A DNA stretch of 64,000 nt from Thermoanaerobaculia bacterium (GCA_035276475.1 DATELQ010000037.1:2482-66481), one strand, 5' to 3'; numbered from the stretch's first letter, positions 40,764 through 49,598 are shown. Program-made: numbers and translations. The notes: generated by a model from the letters alone, not told the origin.

Positions 40764-41426
40764 TCAGTAATCCCTCGGCGGCGCCGTGTAGGGCTTGCCG
40801 ACCTTGTTGAGGTGCGAGGCCGACTTGTAGTTGCTGCTGTCGAGCGTCAGGGCCACGTTCGTCGCGCCGGCGGCGCCGACGTCGACCATCGTCGCCGTCT
40901 GCCCCCCCTGCTCGTTCCAGGCGACGACCTTGTACTTCCCGGCCGGCACGTCGTGGATCGTGTAGTTGCCGGCGGCGTCGGCGAAGACGTAGTACGGCGT
41001 CGGCATCACCTGGATGACGGCGGACATGTTCGGGTGCACGTTGCAGTAGACGTTGACGACGCCGGGTGTCGTGAACTTCTGCGACTTGCCCGCGCCCTTG
41101 CGATAGAGCCCGAGGTCGAACGTGCTCGCCGAGGAGAGGGAGAAGAGGTTGTGCGAGATCGGATCGTCGTTCGGGAACTCCACCGTCGATCCGACCGGCA
41201 CCGCCAGCACGTGCGGGATCAGTGTCTTGCCACGCGTCGTCATCGTGACCTTCGCGGGCGGCTTCGGCGCGGGCTTTCCGGCGGCGGGCTCGAGCCAGAC
41301 CAGCGTCTCGGCCACGACCGGCGTTTGTCCCTTTTTCGTCACGAAGTTGACTTTGCCGCCGACCGTGGCGGCGGCGAGCGGCGCGGCGGCCGCGACGAGG
41401 CTCGCCAGAGCGAGAAGTCGTTTCAT
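40764..41426 (-). CDS. secreted cupredoxin-like protein with carboxypeptidase-regulatory-like (CarboxypepD_reg) domain
   Basis: Start at MKRLLALASLVAAAAPLAAA; His...Cys-x2-His-x2-Met arrangement (ISHNLF ... YCNVHPNMSAV) typical of type-1 copper sites; C-terminal YVFADAAGNYTIHDVPAGKYKVVAW. Confidence 0.55.
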   Translation of the reverse strand: MKRLLALASLVAAAAPLAAATVGGKVNFVTKKGQTPVVAETLVWLEPAAGKPAPKPPAKVTMTTRGKTLIPHVLAVPVGSTVEFPNDDPISHNLFSLSSASTFDLGLYRKGAGKSQKFTTPGVVNVYCNVHPNMSAVIQVMPTPYYVFADAAGNYTIHDVPAGKYKVVAWNEQGGQTATMVDVGAAGATNVALTLDSSNYKSASHLNKVGKPYTAPPRDY

Positions 41427-41516
41427 GTCAATTAGCTCCGGAGGTTCGACATGGTAGCACAAGGACTTGTGCGGAATTGATGTTGCTATTTGGCATGGAA
41501 AACGTATCATCTAAAA

Positions 41517-41841
41517 CATCAACGAAGAGGAAAACACCCGAGACCGTTGCAATAAAAACCGCCCACGGGTCCTTTCCATCCGTAAGATTTACGGCTGTGC
41601 TCTTTGACTAGATGACAAGTTCCCGCTCCTCCCCTCTACCTCGGGGCAGGCAGGAGCGGTCGATCCGGTCCGCGGCGTGGCGAGGTGGGTTACGGGCATG
41701 CACGTGACGCTTGCCGCGGGTCCGCCGGAAATTCATGGGGGAGGAGGTACTGCGTTCGATGGATTGTTCTCATAAACCTGAGGGGGAGAGTTCCTGACCC
41801 CCACCCCGGAAGGGCGCCTGCAAAGGCGCCCTTTTTCATTT
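41517..41841 (+). ncRNA. candidate small RNA (unknown family) ending in an intrinsic terminator
   Basis: No credible CDS in 41427-41844; AT-richer segment with TTGCTA-N16-TATCAT promoter-like boxes at 41483-41510; several internal hairpins; ends at terminator 41812-41841. Confidence 0.25.
41812..41841 (+). terminator. intrinsic terminator immediately upstream of tRNA-Leu
   Basis: gggcgcc-tgcaaa-ggcgccc followed by tttttcattt. Confidence 0.7.
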
Positions 41842-41844
41842 CCG

Positions 41845-41933
41845 GCCCCGGTGGCGGAATAGGCAGACGCAGCGGACTTAAAATCCGCTGCCGCGTAAGC
41901 GGCGTGCCGGTTCGAGTCCGGCCCGGGGCACCA
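41845..41933 (+). tRNA. tRNA-Leu (anticodon TAA)
   Basis: 89 nt; acceptor gccccgg/ccggggc, long variable arm, anticodon loop cttaaaa, T-loop ggttcgagtcc, encoded CCA. Confidence 0.9.
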
Positions 41934-41957
41934 CGACTCGGATATCATCCCCAGGCC

Positions 41958-43136
41958 ATGACCACCGCCGCAGCAGAGCCCACCGCCTCTCCCCTGACCC
42001 TCCTCTCCGAAGAAGAACAGATGTTCCAGCAGAGCGTCCGCGACTTCGCGGTCGAGAAGATCCGTCCGCTCGTGCACCAGATGGATCACGACGCCAAGAT
42101 GTCGCGCGAGCTCATCGACAGCTTCTTCGACCTCGGCATCATGGGCATCGAGGTGCCGGACCAGTGGGGCGGCGCGGGCTCGTCGTTCTTCACCGCCGTC
42201 CTCGTCGTCGAGGAGCTCTCCCACGTCGACGCCTCCTGCGGCGTGCTCGTCGACGTGCAGAACACCCTCGTCAACAACGCCCTACTCCGCTGGGGCAACG
42301 AAGACCAGAAGTCGAAGTACCTCTCCATGCTGTCGAAGGACACGGTCGGCGCGTATGCGCTCTCCGAGGCGGGGTCGGGATCGGACGCGTTCGCGCTGGC
42401 GTGCCGCGCCGAGGACAAGGGCGACCATTGGGTTCTCAACGGCCAGAAGCTGTGGATCACGAACGCCTTCGAGGCCGGCGTCTTCATCGTCTTCGCCAAC
42501 GCCAATCCCGACGCCGGCTACAAAGGCATCACGGCGTTCCTGATCGAGCGCGACTTCCCCGGCTTCACCGTCGGGAAAAAAGAGGACAAGCTCGGCATCC
42601 GCGCCTCGTCGACGTGCGAGCTCATTCTCGAAGACTGCCGCGTCCCGAAAGAGAACGTCCTCGGCGAGCCGGGCAAGGGCTACAAGATCGCCATCGAGAC
42701 GCTCAACGAAGGGCGCATCGGCATCGGCGCGCAGATGATCGGCGTCGCGCGCGGCGCGCTCGAGCACGCCATCTCGTACGTGAAGGAGCGCAAGCAGTTC
42801 GGCACGCGCATCTCCGAGTTCCAGGGCGTGCAGTTCCAGATCGCCGAGGCGGCGACGGAGCTCGAGGCGGCCCGGCTCATGGTCTACAACGCCGCGCGGC
42901 TCAAGGACGCCAAGCAGCCGTTCCTCCGCGAGGCGGCCATGGCCAAGCTCTTCTCCTCGAACGCGTGCGAGAAGATCACTTCGCTGGCGGTGCAGCTCTT
43001 CGGCGGCAACGGCTACACGAAGGAGTACCCGGTCGAGAAGTACTGGCGCGACTCGAAGGTCGGACAGATCTACGAGGGGACGTCGAACATGCAGCTGGCC
43101 ACGATCGCCAAGACGATTCTGACCGACCGGCTGTAG
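41958..43136 (+). CDS. acyl-CoA dehydrogenase
   Basis: 392 aa from MTTAAAEPT; ACAD N/middle/C domains, catalytic-base region YEGTSNMQLATIAK. Confidence 0.9.
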   Translation: MTTAAAEPTASPLTLLSEEEQMFQQSVRDFAVEKIRPLVHQMDHDAKMSRELIDSFFDLGIMGIEVPDQWGGAGSSFFTAVLVVEELSHVDASCGVLVDVQNTLVNNALLRWGNEDQKSKYLSMLSKDTVGAYALSEAGSGSDAFALACRAEDKGDHWVLNGQKLWITNAFEAGVFIVFANANPDAGYKGITAFLIERDFPGFTVGKKEDKLGIRASSTCELILEDCRVPKENVLGEPGKGYKIAIETLNEGRIGIGAQMIGVARGALEHAISYVKERKQFGTRISEFQGVQFQIAEAATELEAARLMVYNAARLKDAKQPFLREAAMAKLFSSNACEKITSLAVQLFGGNGYTKEYPVEKYWRDSKVGQIYEGTSNMQLATIAKTILTDRL

Positions 43137-45161
43137 TCATTCGATGTAGCCGACGACGACCGTACCACGCGGAACTCTCGTTCCCGCTTTCGGTTCCTGA
43201 TGCCGCACGTAGGCCGAATGAGAGGGCTTCCCGCTGTATTGCGACAAGAAGCGAAGCCCGTATTTCTCGACCTCTGCTCTCGCCTGGTCTGCGCTCATCT
43301 TGAGGATGTACGGGACGACGACTTCGTCAGACAAATTGCGACCGGTCGACACATACACGGTGATGACCGATCCGCGCTTGACGAGCGTTCCTGGCGGCGG
43401 GTCCTGGCGCACGATGAGGCCGCGTGCGGCTCTGCTGTCGACGGATTCTGCACGCAACGTCAACCCCAGCCACGGGAGGTCGTCGGACGCCTGCATCCAT
43501 GTCTCTCCCCTGAGCTCGGGCACGATGACCGGCGGAGGTGGAGGCACGGGCGTAGGCGTGGGAGTAGGGGCAGATGACGACGACGATGGAGGTGGAGGTG
43601 GATGCGGCGGGCTCGGAACGAGCGGCGATGCGAGCTGCGCATATGCCTCCGAGTAGCTCTGTGCCAATTCGGAACGACCCAGTTTTGTCAGCGCTACGTC
43701 CGCGGCATGGAACGGAGCGGCGAAATCTGGATCGGATTGCGTGGCCCGCAGGAACGAAGCGAGTGCCTCCTCCCAATTTCCGCGGCGTGCGTGCAAGTAG
43801 CCCATGTAGAGGTGCGCGGGTGCGAACGAGGGGTCGCGCCGCAGGACGTCCTGGTATTGCGCGGTGGCGCGCTCGACGTCATTCGCCGCCTCGGCGACGC
43901 GCGCCAATCCGACGCGCGCGAACAGCGACTCCGGCTCGAATTTGAGGGCCAGGTTGAAATACCTCCGAGCCTCTTCGAGATTCGCGTTGGCGCGCAGCAG
44001 GGCCACCTCGCCGCGATGATAGGCAGGCTTGGCATGGTTCGGTTCGGCGCGGCCTTGGAGCGCCGGCTCGAGCACCTTGTCATACGCACTCTCGGCGCGT
44101 TCCAGGAGTTTTCGTGCCCCATCGGCGTCTCCTCGGCGATAGGCGGTCCCAGCTTCGTCAAGATAAAAATCTCCGGCGTCGTTGTTGGAAACGAATGCCG
44201 AGGGATTGATCTTGATAGCCCTCGCCAAGCGTTCCCCAGCTTTCGTGAAATCGCCCACCAGACGGTACGCCGTAGCGAGATTGTGATTGTAGACAGCGAC
44301 GTGACGCTCGTCGCCGGCGGAGGGCTCGCCACTTTTGACATAGGCCGCAATGGCCTTCGCCGGTTCCGCCCAATCGACATAGACATTGCCGAGGATTTCG
44401 AACTGCCCTTTGTCCTCAGGAGACCAGATCGTCCGGAAGCGCGCTTCACGATACGCGGCCGCGCGCTCTTTGTCGGAATCGAAGTTCGGAATCAACTGCA
44501 CGGACGGCCGCGCCGGCCGCATGGAGAGAATCACGTTCGCGTTGGCGTCGACGGCCTTGCGCACGCTCTCCTCGCCCGCAGGGCTGACCTCTGGTGACGC
44601 GCCGCCGGACGGAATCGTGAGACGGCGGAGAGGCGTCAGCCGGCGCCCGAGGCGTGCCTCCGGCGGCGCGACGGGCATGACCTCGAGCTCTCCTTCGAGT
44701 TGGAGAATCTCCGTTCCCGCCTCGGTCACTTCGACCTGGAATTCCGTTCCCTTTGCGGCAAGCGTCACGGTTTGCGTTCTTGCCTCGAAAAATCCCCGCA
44801 AGGTCGCAAACAACTTTCCAACGAGCAGGAAGATGGACTTCGAATTCGCCAGTTCGAACGAAGTGACGCCGTGAACCGTGATGTCTGCTTCCGACGCGCC
44901 GAGGGACATGACCAGAACCGAGGCGCCCAAAACCTGGATCCGGTCGCCGGCACAGAGCGGCATCCCCTTCCGAACCCTCGTCGACATCTGCCGGCGGATG
45001 ATCTTGATCTGCTCCTCGCCGGCGGACTGGGTGCTGACCGAGCCGATCGCGATGCCGGTGATTCGTCCGACCACCGGCGTATTGCACGACACTTCGTCCG
45101 GGGCGGCAAATCCGCTGGCTGCAATGGCCGACAATGCGACGACAGCCAGCGCCGTGCGCAT
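43137..45161 (-). CDS. secreted FecR-domain / TPR / proline-rich linker / tandem PASTA-domain protein
   Basis: 674 aa; signal peptide; FecR-like LAAKGTEFQVEV; TPR array; PPHPPPPPSSSSSAPTPTPTPVPPPPPV linker; two C-terminal PASTA-like modules. Confidence 0.7.
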   Translation of the reverse strand: MRTALAVVALSAIAASGFAAPDEVSCNTPVVGRITGIAIGSVSTQSAGEEQIKIIRRQMSTRVRKGMPLCAGDRIQVLGASVLVMSLGASEADITVHGVTSFELANSKSIFLLVGKLFATLRGFFEARTQTVTLAAKGTEFQVEVTEAGTEILQLEGELEVMPVAPPEARLGRRLTPLRRLTIPSGGASPEVSPAGEESVRKAVDANANVILSMRPARPSVQLIPNFDSDKERAAAYREARFRTIWSPEDKGQFEILGNVYVDWAEPAKAIAAYVKSGEPSAGDERHVAVYNHNLATAYRLVGDFTKAGERLARAIKINPSAFVSNNDAGDFYLDEAGTAYRRGDADGARKLLERAESAYDKVLEPALQGRAEPNHAKPAYHRGEVALLRANANLEEARRYFNLALKFEPESLFARVGLARVAEAANDVERATAQYQDVLRRDPSFAPAHLYMGYLHARRGNWEEALASFLRATQSDPDFAAPFHAADVALTKLGRSELAQSYSEAYAQLASPLVPSPPHPPPPPSSSSSAPTPTPTPVPPPPPVIVPELRGETWMQASDDLPWLGLTLRAESVDSRAARGLIVRQDPPPGTLVKRGSVITVYVSTGRNLSDEVVVPYILKMSADQARAEVEKYGLRFLSQYSGKPSHSAYVRHQEPKAGTRVPRGTVVVGYIE

Positions 45162-46610
45162 TTACGTCCCCTCGTTCTCCGAAGGTTTGGCGGACAAAGC
45201 CGGCGCGGCTCCGCAGTAGTAATACGACGCAATGACGGCGACTGCGCCGTATCCGACGTCGAAGAGCACCGAAGCGCTGCGGTAGAAGATCCAGACCACG
45301 ATCGCGTACAGCACGAGGAGCACGATCAGGCCCGCGGGGAGCTTGCGCTTTCCGGCGACCTTCGTGTCGACTTCGATGTCTGACTTCGGTAGTGACGATC
45401 GGCCAAAGCCGGCGATCGCGCCGAGGAGGAGCAGCACCGAAAGGTTGGCCCAGCCGGGCAGCGTTCGCGGATAGGTGTTGCGCGACAAGTCGCTGAAAAC
45501 GCTGGCGTGAAGCTGATAGCCGTATGCCTTGACCTGAGGCGTGATCTCGCAACGCTCCCTCTCGGTCTTTACGCCGATAAGCACGATCTGTCCCTTGTAC
45601 TCGTTTGCAAGACTGGACAGACGCTTGAGCTCTTTCACATATGAGTCGCCTTCGCCGAAACCGCGCCGGCCATAGCGAAGCGGCATGGTGGCGATGTTGT
45701 GACCGGTCTCGTCGGATTCGATCGTGCAGGAAATGCGGTCGATCTCCCGGTCGCCGGCATAGAGGATCAGACGTCGCGCTTTGGTGTCGAGCCTGACGGA
45801 CGGCCGCGCCTTCGACGATGGACTCTTCTCCAGAATTCGCATCATGACCGCGAGCGAGGCATACGCATCTTCCGGCGATACCGCGACGTTTGCGGGGAGC
45901 TTCGACCGCGCCAGCACGTATTTGCGGACGTACTCCGTGGAGGCGCCATGCTCGAGCCGCTTTCCACCGACGTGGACCCATCCCCAGGCGACGTCTTTGA
46001 ATGCATCGAGCAGGTCGGGGGTGTCATCGTTGCGCAGATCAGCTCCGAGCAGGATGCTCGTGGTCGCGCTCTGCACGGCTTTCACCATTTCGGCGTTGGC
46101 GCTCTGATACTCCGCGCCGTCGTTCGGCGAGGGAAACGTCAGATCGAACGCGACGAACTTCGGCGCATTCGCGAGCGCCTGAAGGAACAAGGCGTGCTGC
46201 CGCCGCCATAGTTGTTCCTCTTGAGCGAAATTGCCGCGGACGTTCTCGAGCGTGTCTTTCTCGTCGATATACAGCATGTGCAGCGACGGCGTGGATCGCG
46301 CCGCGACGCTGTATTCCATCTGTTCGAGCTGCAGACGCTCGAGCCAGTCGTCGATGCCGAGAAGGTTGAGCAGGTGAGTGAATGAGGCTAGGGAGACGGC
46401 GAGTACGACGAGAAAGAGTTTCCACACGAATCGCGCACGGCGATGATTCGTGACCAGCAGGAGCTTCCGCAGCGTATGACCTCCGGACGTATGCAGATCA
46501 TGATACGCGCGACCGGCCTCGAGGATGCGATCGGGACGTACTGGCGCGACCGGCTGTAATTTCGCTGAAACGCTAGCGGTCTTTCCGTCACTACATAACG
46601 GAATGACCAT
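45162..46610 (-). CDS. stand-alone CHASE2 sensor-domain membrane protein (no output domain)
   Basis: N-terminal TM, about 300-aa extracytoplasmic CHASE2-like region, 3 C-terminal TM; start uncertain (ATG at 46610 would overlap the divergent gene by 8 nt; a downstream GTG is possible). Confidence 0.65.
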   Translation of the reverse strand: MVIPLCSDGKTASVSAKLQPVAPVRPDRILEAGRAYHDLHTSGGHTLRKLLLVTNHRRARFVWKLFLVVLAVSLASFTHLLNLLGIDDWLERLQLEQMEYSVAARSTPSLHMLYIDEKDTLENVRGNFAQEEQLWRRQHALFLQALANAPKFVAFDLTFPSPNDGAEYQSANAEMVKAVQSATTSILLGADLRNDDTPDLLDAFKDVAWGWVHVGGKRLEHGASTEYVRKYVLARSKLPANVAVSPEDAYASLAVMMRILEKSPSSKARPSVRLDTKARRLILYAGDREIDRISCTIESDETGHNIATMPLRYGRRGFGEGDSYVKELKRLSSLANEYKGQIVLIGVKTERERCEITPQVKAYGYQLHASVFSDLSRNTYPRTLPGWANLSVLLLLGAIAGFGRSSLPKSDIEVDTKVAGKRKLPAGLIVLLVLYAIVVWIFYRSASVLFDVGYGAVAVIASYYYCGAAPALSAKPSENEGT

Positions 46611-47364
46611 CGTCCAGGCACCCGTCCAACGGGTATGCACCACCTGCGGCGCCACGCTCAGTCCGGGCGCGCGCAAGTGCTCGGAATGCACGTCGTATCA
46701 GGGCGAATGCGACGCCTGCGGGATGCCGATCCCCGAGAACGCCAAGCGCTGCTCCGGATGCAAGGCCTTCCAGGACGGGCATCCCTGCCGGTCGTGCGGA
46801 CTGACAATGCCGGCTTCCGCGAAGCGATGCCCGGAGTGCAAGGCGTTCCAGAACTGGCGGGCCTTCGTTCCGGACAATCAAGTCGTACTGGCTCTCCTCG
46901 TCTCGCTGATCTCGATCCTGAGCGCCGTCGTGCCGGCGGCCTACAAAGCGTGGAACAACCGCTCCGACGCGTACGTGCGCGTGATCGGCCACACCGTCGA
47001 CAACGACTCCAATCCCGTGTTGCTCGTTCTGGTGGCCAACAACGGAGGCCGTCCCGCTCTCGTCCGCGGCGCCGCCCTGGTCGGAAAAGGGCTGCCCATC
47101 GGCAGTACGCCGCTGACGATCCTCGATCCGACGCAGGAGCTCGTGCTGCCGTCGAAAGCGACGATGCTCCGCCTGACGACGCTGGATATCAACACGCCGG
47201 CCAAGCGCGACGCGCTCCTGGCGTTGCTGCCGAAGGGCGAGATCACCGTCAGCGTGGAGGTGGAAGAGACGGGACGGCTCGGCCGCCGTTTCACCCGTCA
47301 GCAGTCCGACGTTGCAAAGGGGGCCCAAATTGAGGAACTGGTGCAGAAGCGCGTTCTTCCTTAG
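46603..47364 (+). CDS. triple zinc-ribbon membrane protein of unknown function
   Basis: 253 aa from MTIVQAPVQRVCTTCGATL; three CxxC-N10/11-CxxC double-zinc-ribbon-like motifs, one TM, about 150-aa extracytoplasmic tail. Confidence 0.6.
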   Translation: MTIVQAPVQRVCTTCGATLSPGARKCSECTSYQGECDACGMPIPENAKRCSGCKAFQDGHPCRSCGLTMPASAKRCPECKAFQNWRAFVPDNQVVLALLVSLISILSAVVPAAYKAWNNRSDAYVRVIGHTVDNDSNPVLLVLVANNGGRPALVRGAALVGKGLPIGSTPLTILDPTQELVLPSKATMLRLTTLDINTPAKRDALLALLPKGEITVSVEVEETGRLGRRFTRQQSDVAKGAQIEELVQKRVLP

Positions 47365-48058
47365 CTTCGTGAGCGCCTCGGCGGCCGCGCAGGTGTGCGA
47401 CCTCGTGCGCGTGGAGTTCAATGGCTGCGCCGGCGCAAGCCTCCCGGCCGCGATCGACGTGAACGTCGGCGACGAGACCCTCACGGTCCGAAAGCAGCCG
47501 GACGGTGCGTGGGAAGGGCGCGCCCAAAGCTCGTTCCGGCCGTCGCAAAAGACACTGACCGTCGATCTGCCGAACGTCCGCACGACGTGCAAGGTCAGCG
47601 GAAGTGCGCAGACCATCGCCGGCGGCGCCTCGTGCCGCGCGGTCTACAGCGTCCGCTGCGAGTCGCTCTGGTCGTTGCACGTGACGAACACGATCAAGAA
47701 GAAGACGCCGCTGTCGTACCGCTGCGAGACGGAAGCGAACACCATCCGCTCCTGCGACGACGATGCGGCGCCCACCGCCGCGACCATCGCGCTCGTTCCC
47801 GAGTCTCCGCTGACCATTCCGCCGGTCGGCGTCTCGCAGGGCGTCATCCTCGGCCTCACCTCCGCCGACGGAACGGCCATCGAGTACATGGTCAAGGAGA
47901 AGACGCTGCGGAAGCTCGGCAAAACGGTGAAGCTCTCCGCGCTCCCTCCCCGTCCGGCAGTGCAGAGCGCCGGAGGCTCGAATCCGTTCCTCACCGCGCT
48001 CAAGACGCAGCAGGCGCTCGCCTTCGAGCACATCGTTCTGACGTGGGACACGCCATGA
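47312..48058 (+). CDS. cysteine-rich secreted hypothetical protein
   Basis: 248 aa; hydrophobic N-terminus; 8 Cys; start uncertain (overlaps upstream gene by 53 nt; TTG alternatives). Confidence 0.45.
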   Translation: MQRGPKLRNWCRSAFFLSFVSASAAAQVCDLVRVEFNGCAGASLPAAIDVNVGDETLTVRKQPDGAWEGRAQSSFRPSQKTLTVDLPNVRTTCKVSGSAQTIAGGASCRAVYSVRCESLWSLHVTNTIKKKTPLSYRCETEANTIRSCDDDAAPTAATIALVPESPLTIPPVGVSQGVILGLTSADGTAIEYMVKEKTLRKLGKTVKLSALPPRPAVQSAGGSNPFLTALKTQQALAFEHIVLTWDTP

Positions 48059-48960
48059 GACGCGTCGGGCTGGCCGCCGTTCTTCTGCTCTGCTCCATCG
48101 CGAGCCGCGCGCAGGAGTTCGAGATCTTCGATCCGAACGACTTCATCGACCCGCGCGAGCGCGGCGCCGTCTTCGCCCCGACGGGGTGGCAGCTTCTCGC
48201 GCCCGGGAGTCCGTTCTCGGTCGTGCGGGTCTACGGCGGGCAGGTCAGCAACTATCAGTGGCGCGACACGCCCACCGGCGCGGATCTCACGTTCGCGCAC
48301 GTGGTCTGGAACCGCTATCGCGACAACCGCCAGTTCAACCTGAAGCTGACGACGTACGACGTCGAGGAGGGCGCTCACCTGCCGTGGTACCGCGGCACGA
48401 TCCAGTTCGCGCGCTACTTCGCCATTCCGACGACCCGAGGAATGTCGGTCGGCGCCGGAGACCCGGTGCGCGCCGCCGGGCGGATCCTCTTCACCGGCTC
48501 GCTCGAACAGAACCCGCTGCGGGAAACGGACGTCCGCGCGCGCGTGGTCGATCACGAATTCGGCATCGAGGTGGACGCGTATCTCCGGACGACGAGGTTC
48601 ACCACCTCCGGCTCGGTGGTCTGGACGCGGCGCGTCGTCGACGACGGCCGCTACGCCGACCGCCTGGTCTATTTTTACCGCGGACCGGAGATCAGCAAGT
48701 TCGACAACCGCCTCCGCTTCGCCGCGAACCTCGCCTGCGGCGGCGAGCACACCGACCGCTGGCGCTGGGGCGCCACCCGCCTGATCGCAACGACGTCGAT
48801 CGATCTCCCGACGGCGGGCGGCCGGCGGCTCGGAACGGTGAATCTGGCCTGGGGTCCGTCGTACCTGCCGGGCAGCGCGACGCAGCGTACGCAGCGCGAG
48901 CTGGCCATTTACTTCGACCGCACCGTCATGGCCCACCTCGGACCGTTGCCGCTGCGGTGA
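48055..48960 (+). CDS. secreted hypothetical protein
   Basis: 301 aa from MRRVGLAAVLLLCSIASRAQE signal peptide; ATGA overlap with upstream gene. Confidence 0.55.
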   Translation: MRRVGLAAVLLLCSIASRAQEFEIFDPNDFIDPRERGAVFAPTGWQLLAPGSPFSVVRVYGGQVSNYQWRDTPTGADLTFAHVVWNRYRDNRQFNLKLTTYDVEEGAHLPWYRGTIQFARYFAIPTTRGMSVGAGDPVRAAGRILFTGSLEQNPLRETDVRARVVDHEFGIEVDAYLRTTRFTTSGSVVWTRRVVDDGRYADRLVYFYRGPEISKFDNRLRFAANLACGGEHTDRWRWGATRLIATTSIDLPTAGGRRLGTVNLAWGPSYLPGSATQRTQRELAIYFDRTVMAHLGPLPLR

Positions 48961-48989
48961 GCGTGCGGTAGCGGCGACATTCGCGGATA

Positions 48990-49598
48990 ATGGACGCGAT
49001 GTCGACGCCCGAATCCGCTCTGGTCAGTCCGACCGAGTATCTCGAGATCGAACGGAATTCCGAGATCCGGCACGAGTACGTCAACGGACGGATGTACGAG
49101 ATGTCGGGCGCCAGCGACGCGCACTCTCTCATCGGTTGGAACCTGATCAGGGTACTTTCCAATCAGATAGGCGACCGTCCCTGTCGCGTGTACTACGGGG
49201 ACATGCGCGTGAAGGTCAGCCCTACGGGGATGTATACCTATCCCGACATCGCCGCGCTCTGCGACAAACCTCGACTCGAGAATTTCAAGGGCATCGACAC
49301 GCTGCTGAACCCGAGCGTGATCATCGAAGTGCTCTCCCACACGACCGAGTCGTACGACCGCGGCGACAAGTTCGAGCACTACCGCCGTCTGGAGTCGCTG
49401 CAGGAGTACGTTCTCGTGCCGCAGCACCGGATGCGCGTCGAGCAGTTCGTCCGCGACGGCGCCGACTGGCGGCTGTCGGAGCTCAGCGACCCACAGGCAT
49501 TGCTCCGCCTCGCGCCGATCGGCTGCGAGATCAGCCTCGCCGACATTTACCGAGGCGTCGAGTTCCCGAGCATCGAGAGCTCGCGCTGGCCCCGCTGA
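48990..49598 (+). CDS. Uma2-family (DUF820) putative endonuclease
   Basis: 202 aa; PTEYLEIERNSEIRHEYVNGRMYEMSGAS ... YPDIAALCD ... SVIIEVLSHTTESYDRGDKFEHYRRLESLQEYVLV matches Uma2 restriction-endonuclease-like fold family. Confidence 0.75.
   Translation: MDAMSTPESALVSPTEYLEIERNSEIRHEYVNGRMYEMSGASDAHSLIGWNLIRVLSNQIGDRPCRVYYGDMRVKVSPTGMYTYPDIAALCDKPRLENFKGIDTLLNPSVIIEVLSHTTESYDRGDKFEHYRRLESLQEYVLVPQHRMRVEQFVRDGADWRLSELSDPQALLRLAPIGCEISLADIYRGVEFPSIESSRWPR

Noticed and set aside
41494-41613. 39-codon ORF (MENVSSKTSTKRKTPETVAIK...) in the AT-rich island
   Set aside because: No SD, and AT-rich third codon positions atypical of this genome. The region is more plausibly non-coding (promoter/sRNA).
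41517-41841. RNase P RNA, tmRNA or SRP RNA identity for the candidate sRNA
   Set aside because: Conserved cores are absent: GGAAAGUCCGG for RNase P, a tRNA-like 3' end plus tag ORF for tmRNA, GGAAGCAGC for SRP domain IV.
41845-41933. tRNA-Leu as an integration hotspot or genomic-island border
   Set aside because: No integrase, direct repeat of the tRNA 3' end, or compositional shift downstream. The next gene is an ordinary acyl-CoA dehydrogenase.
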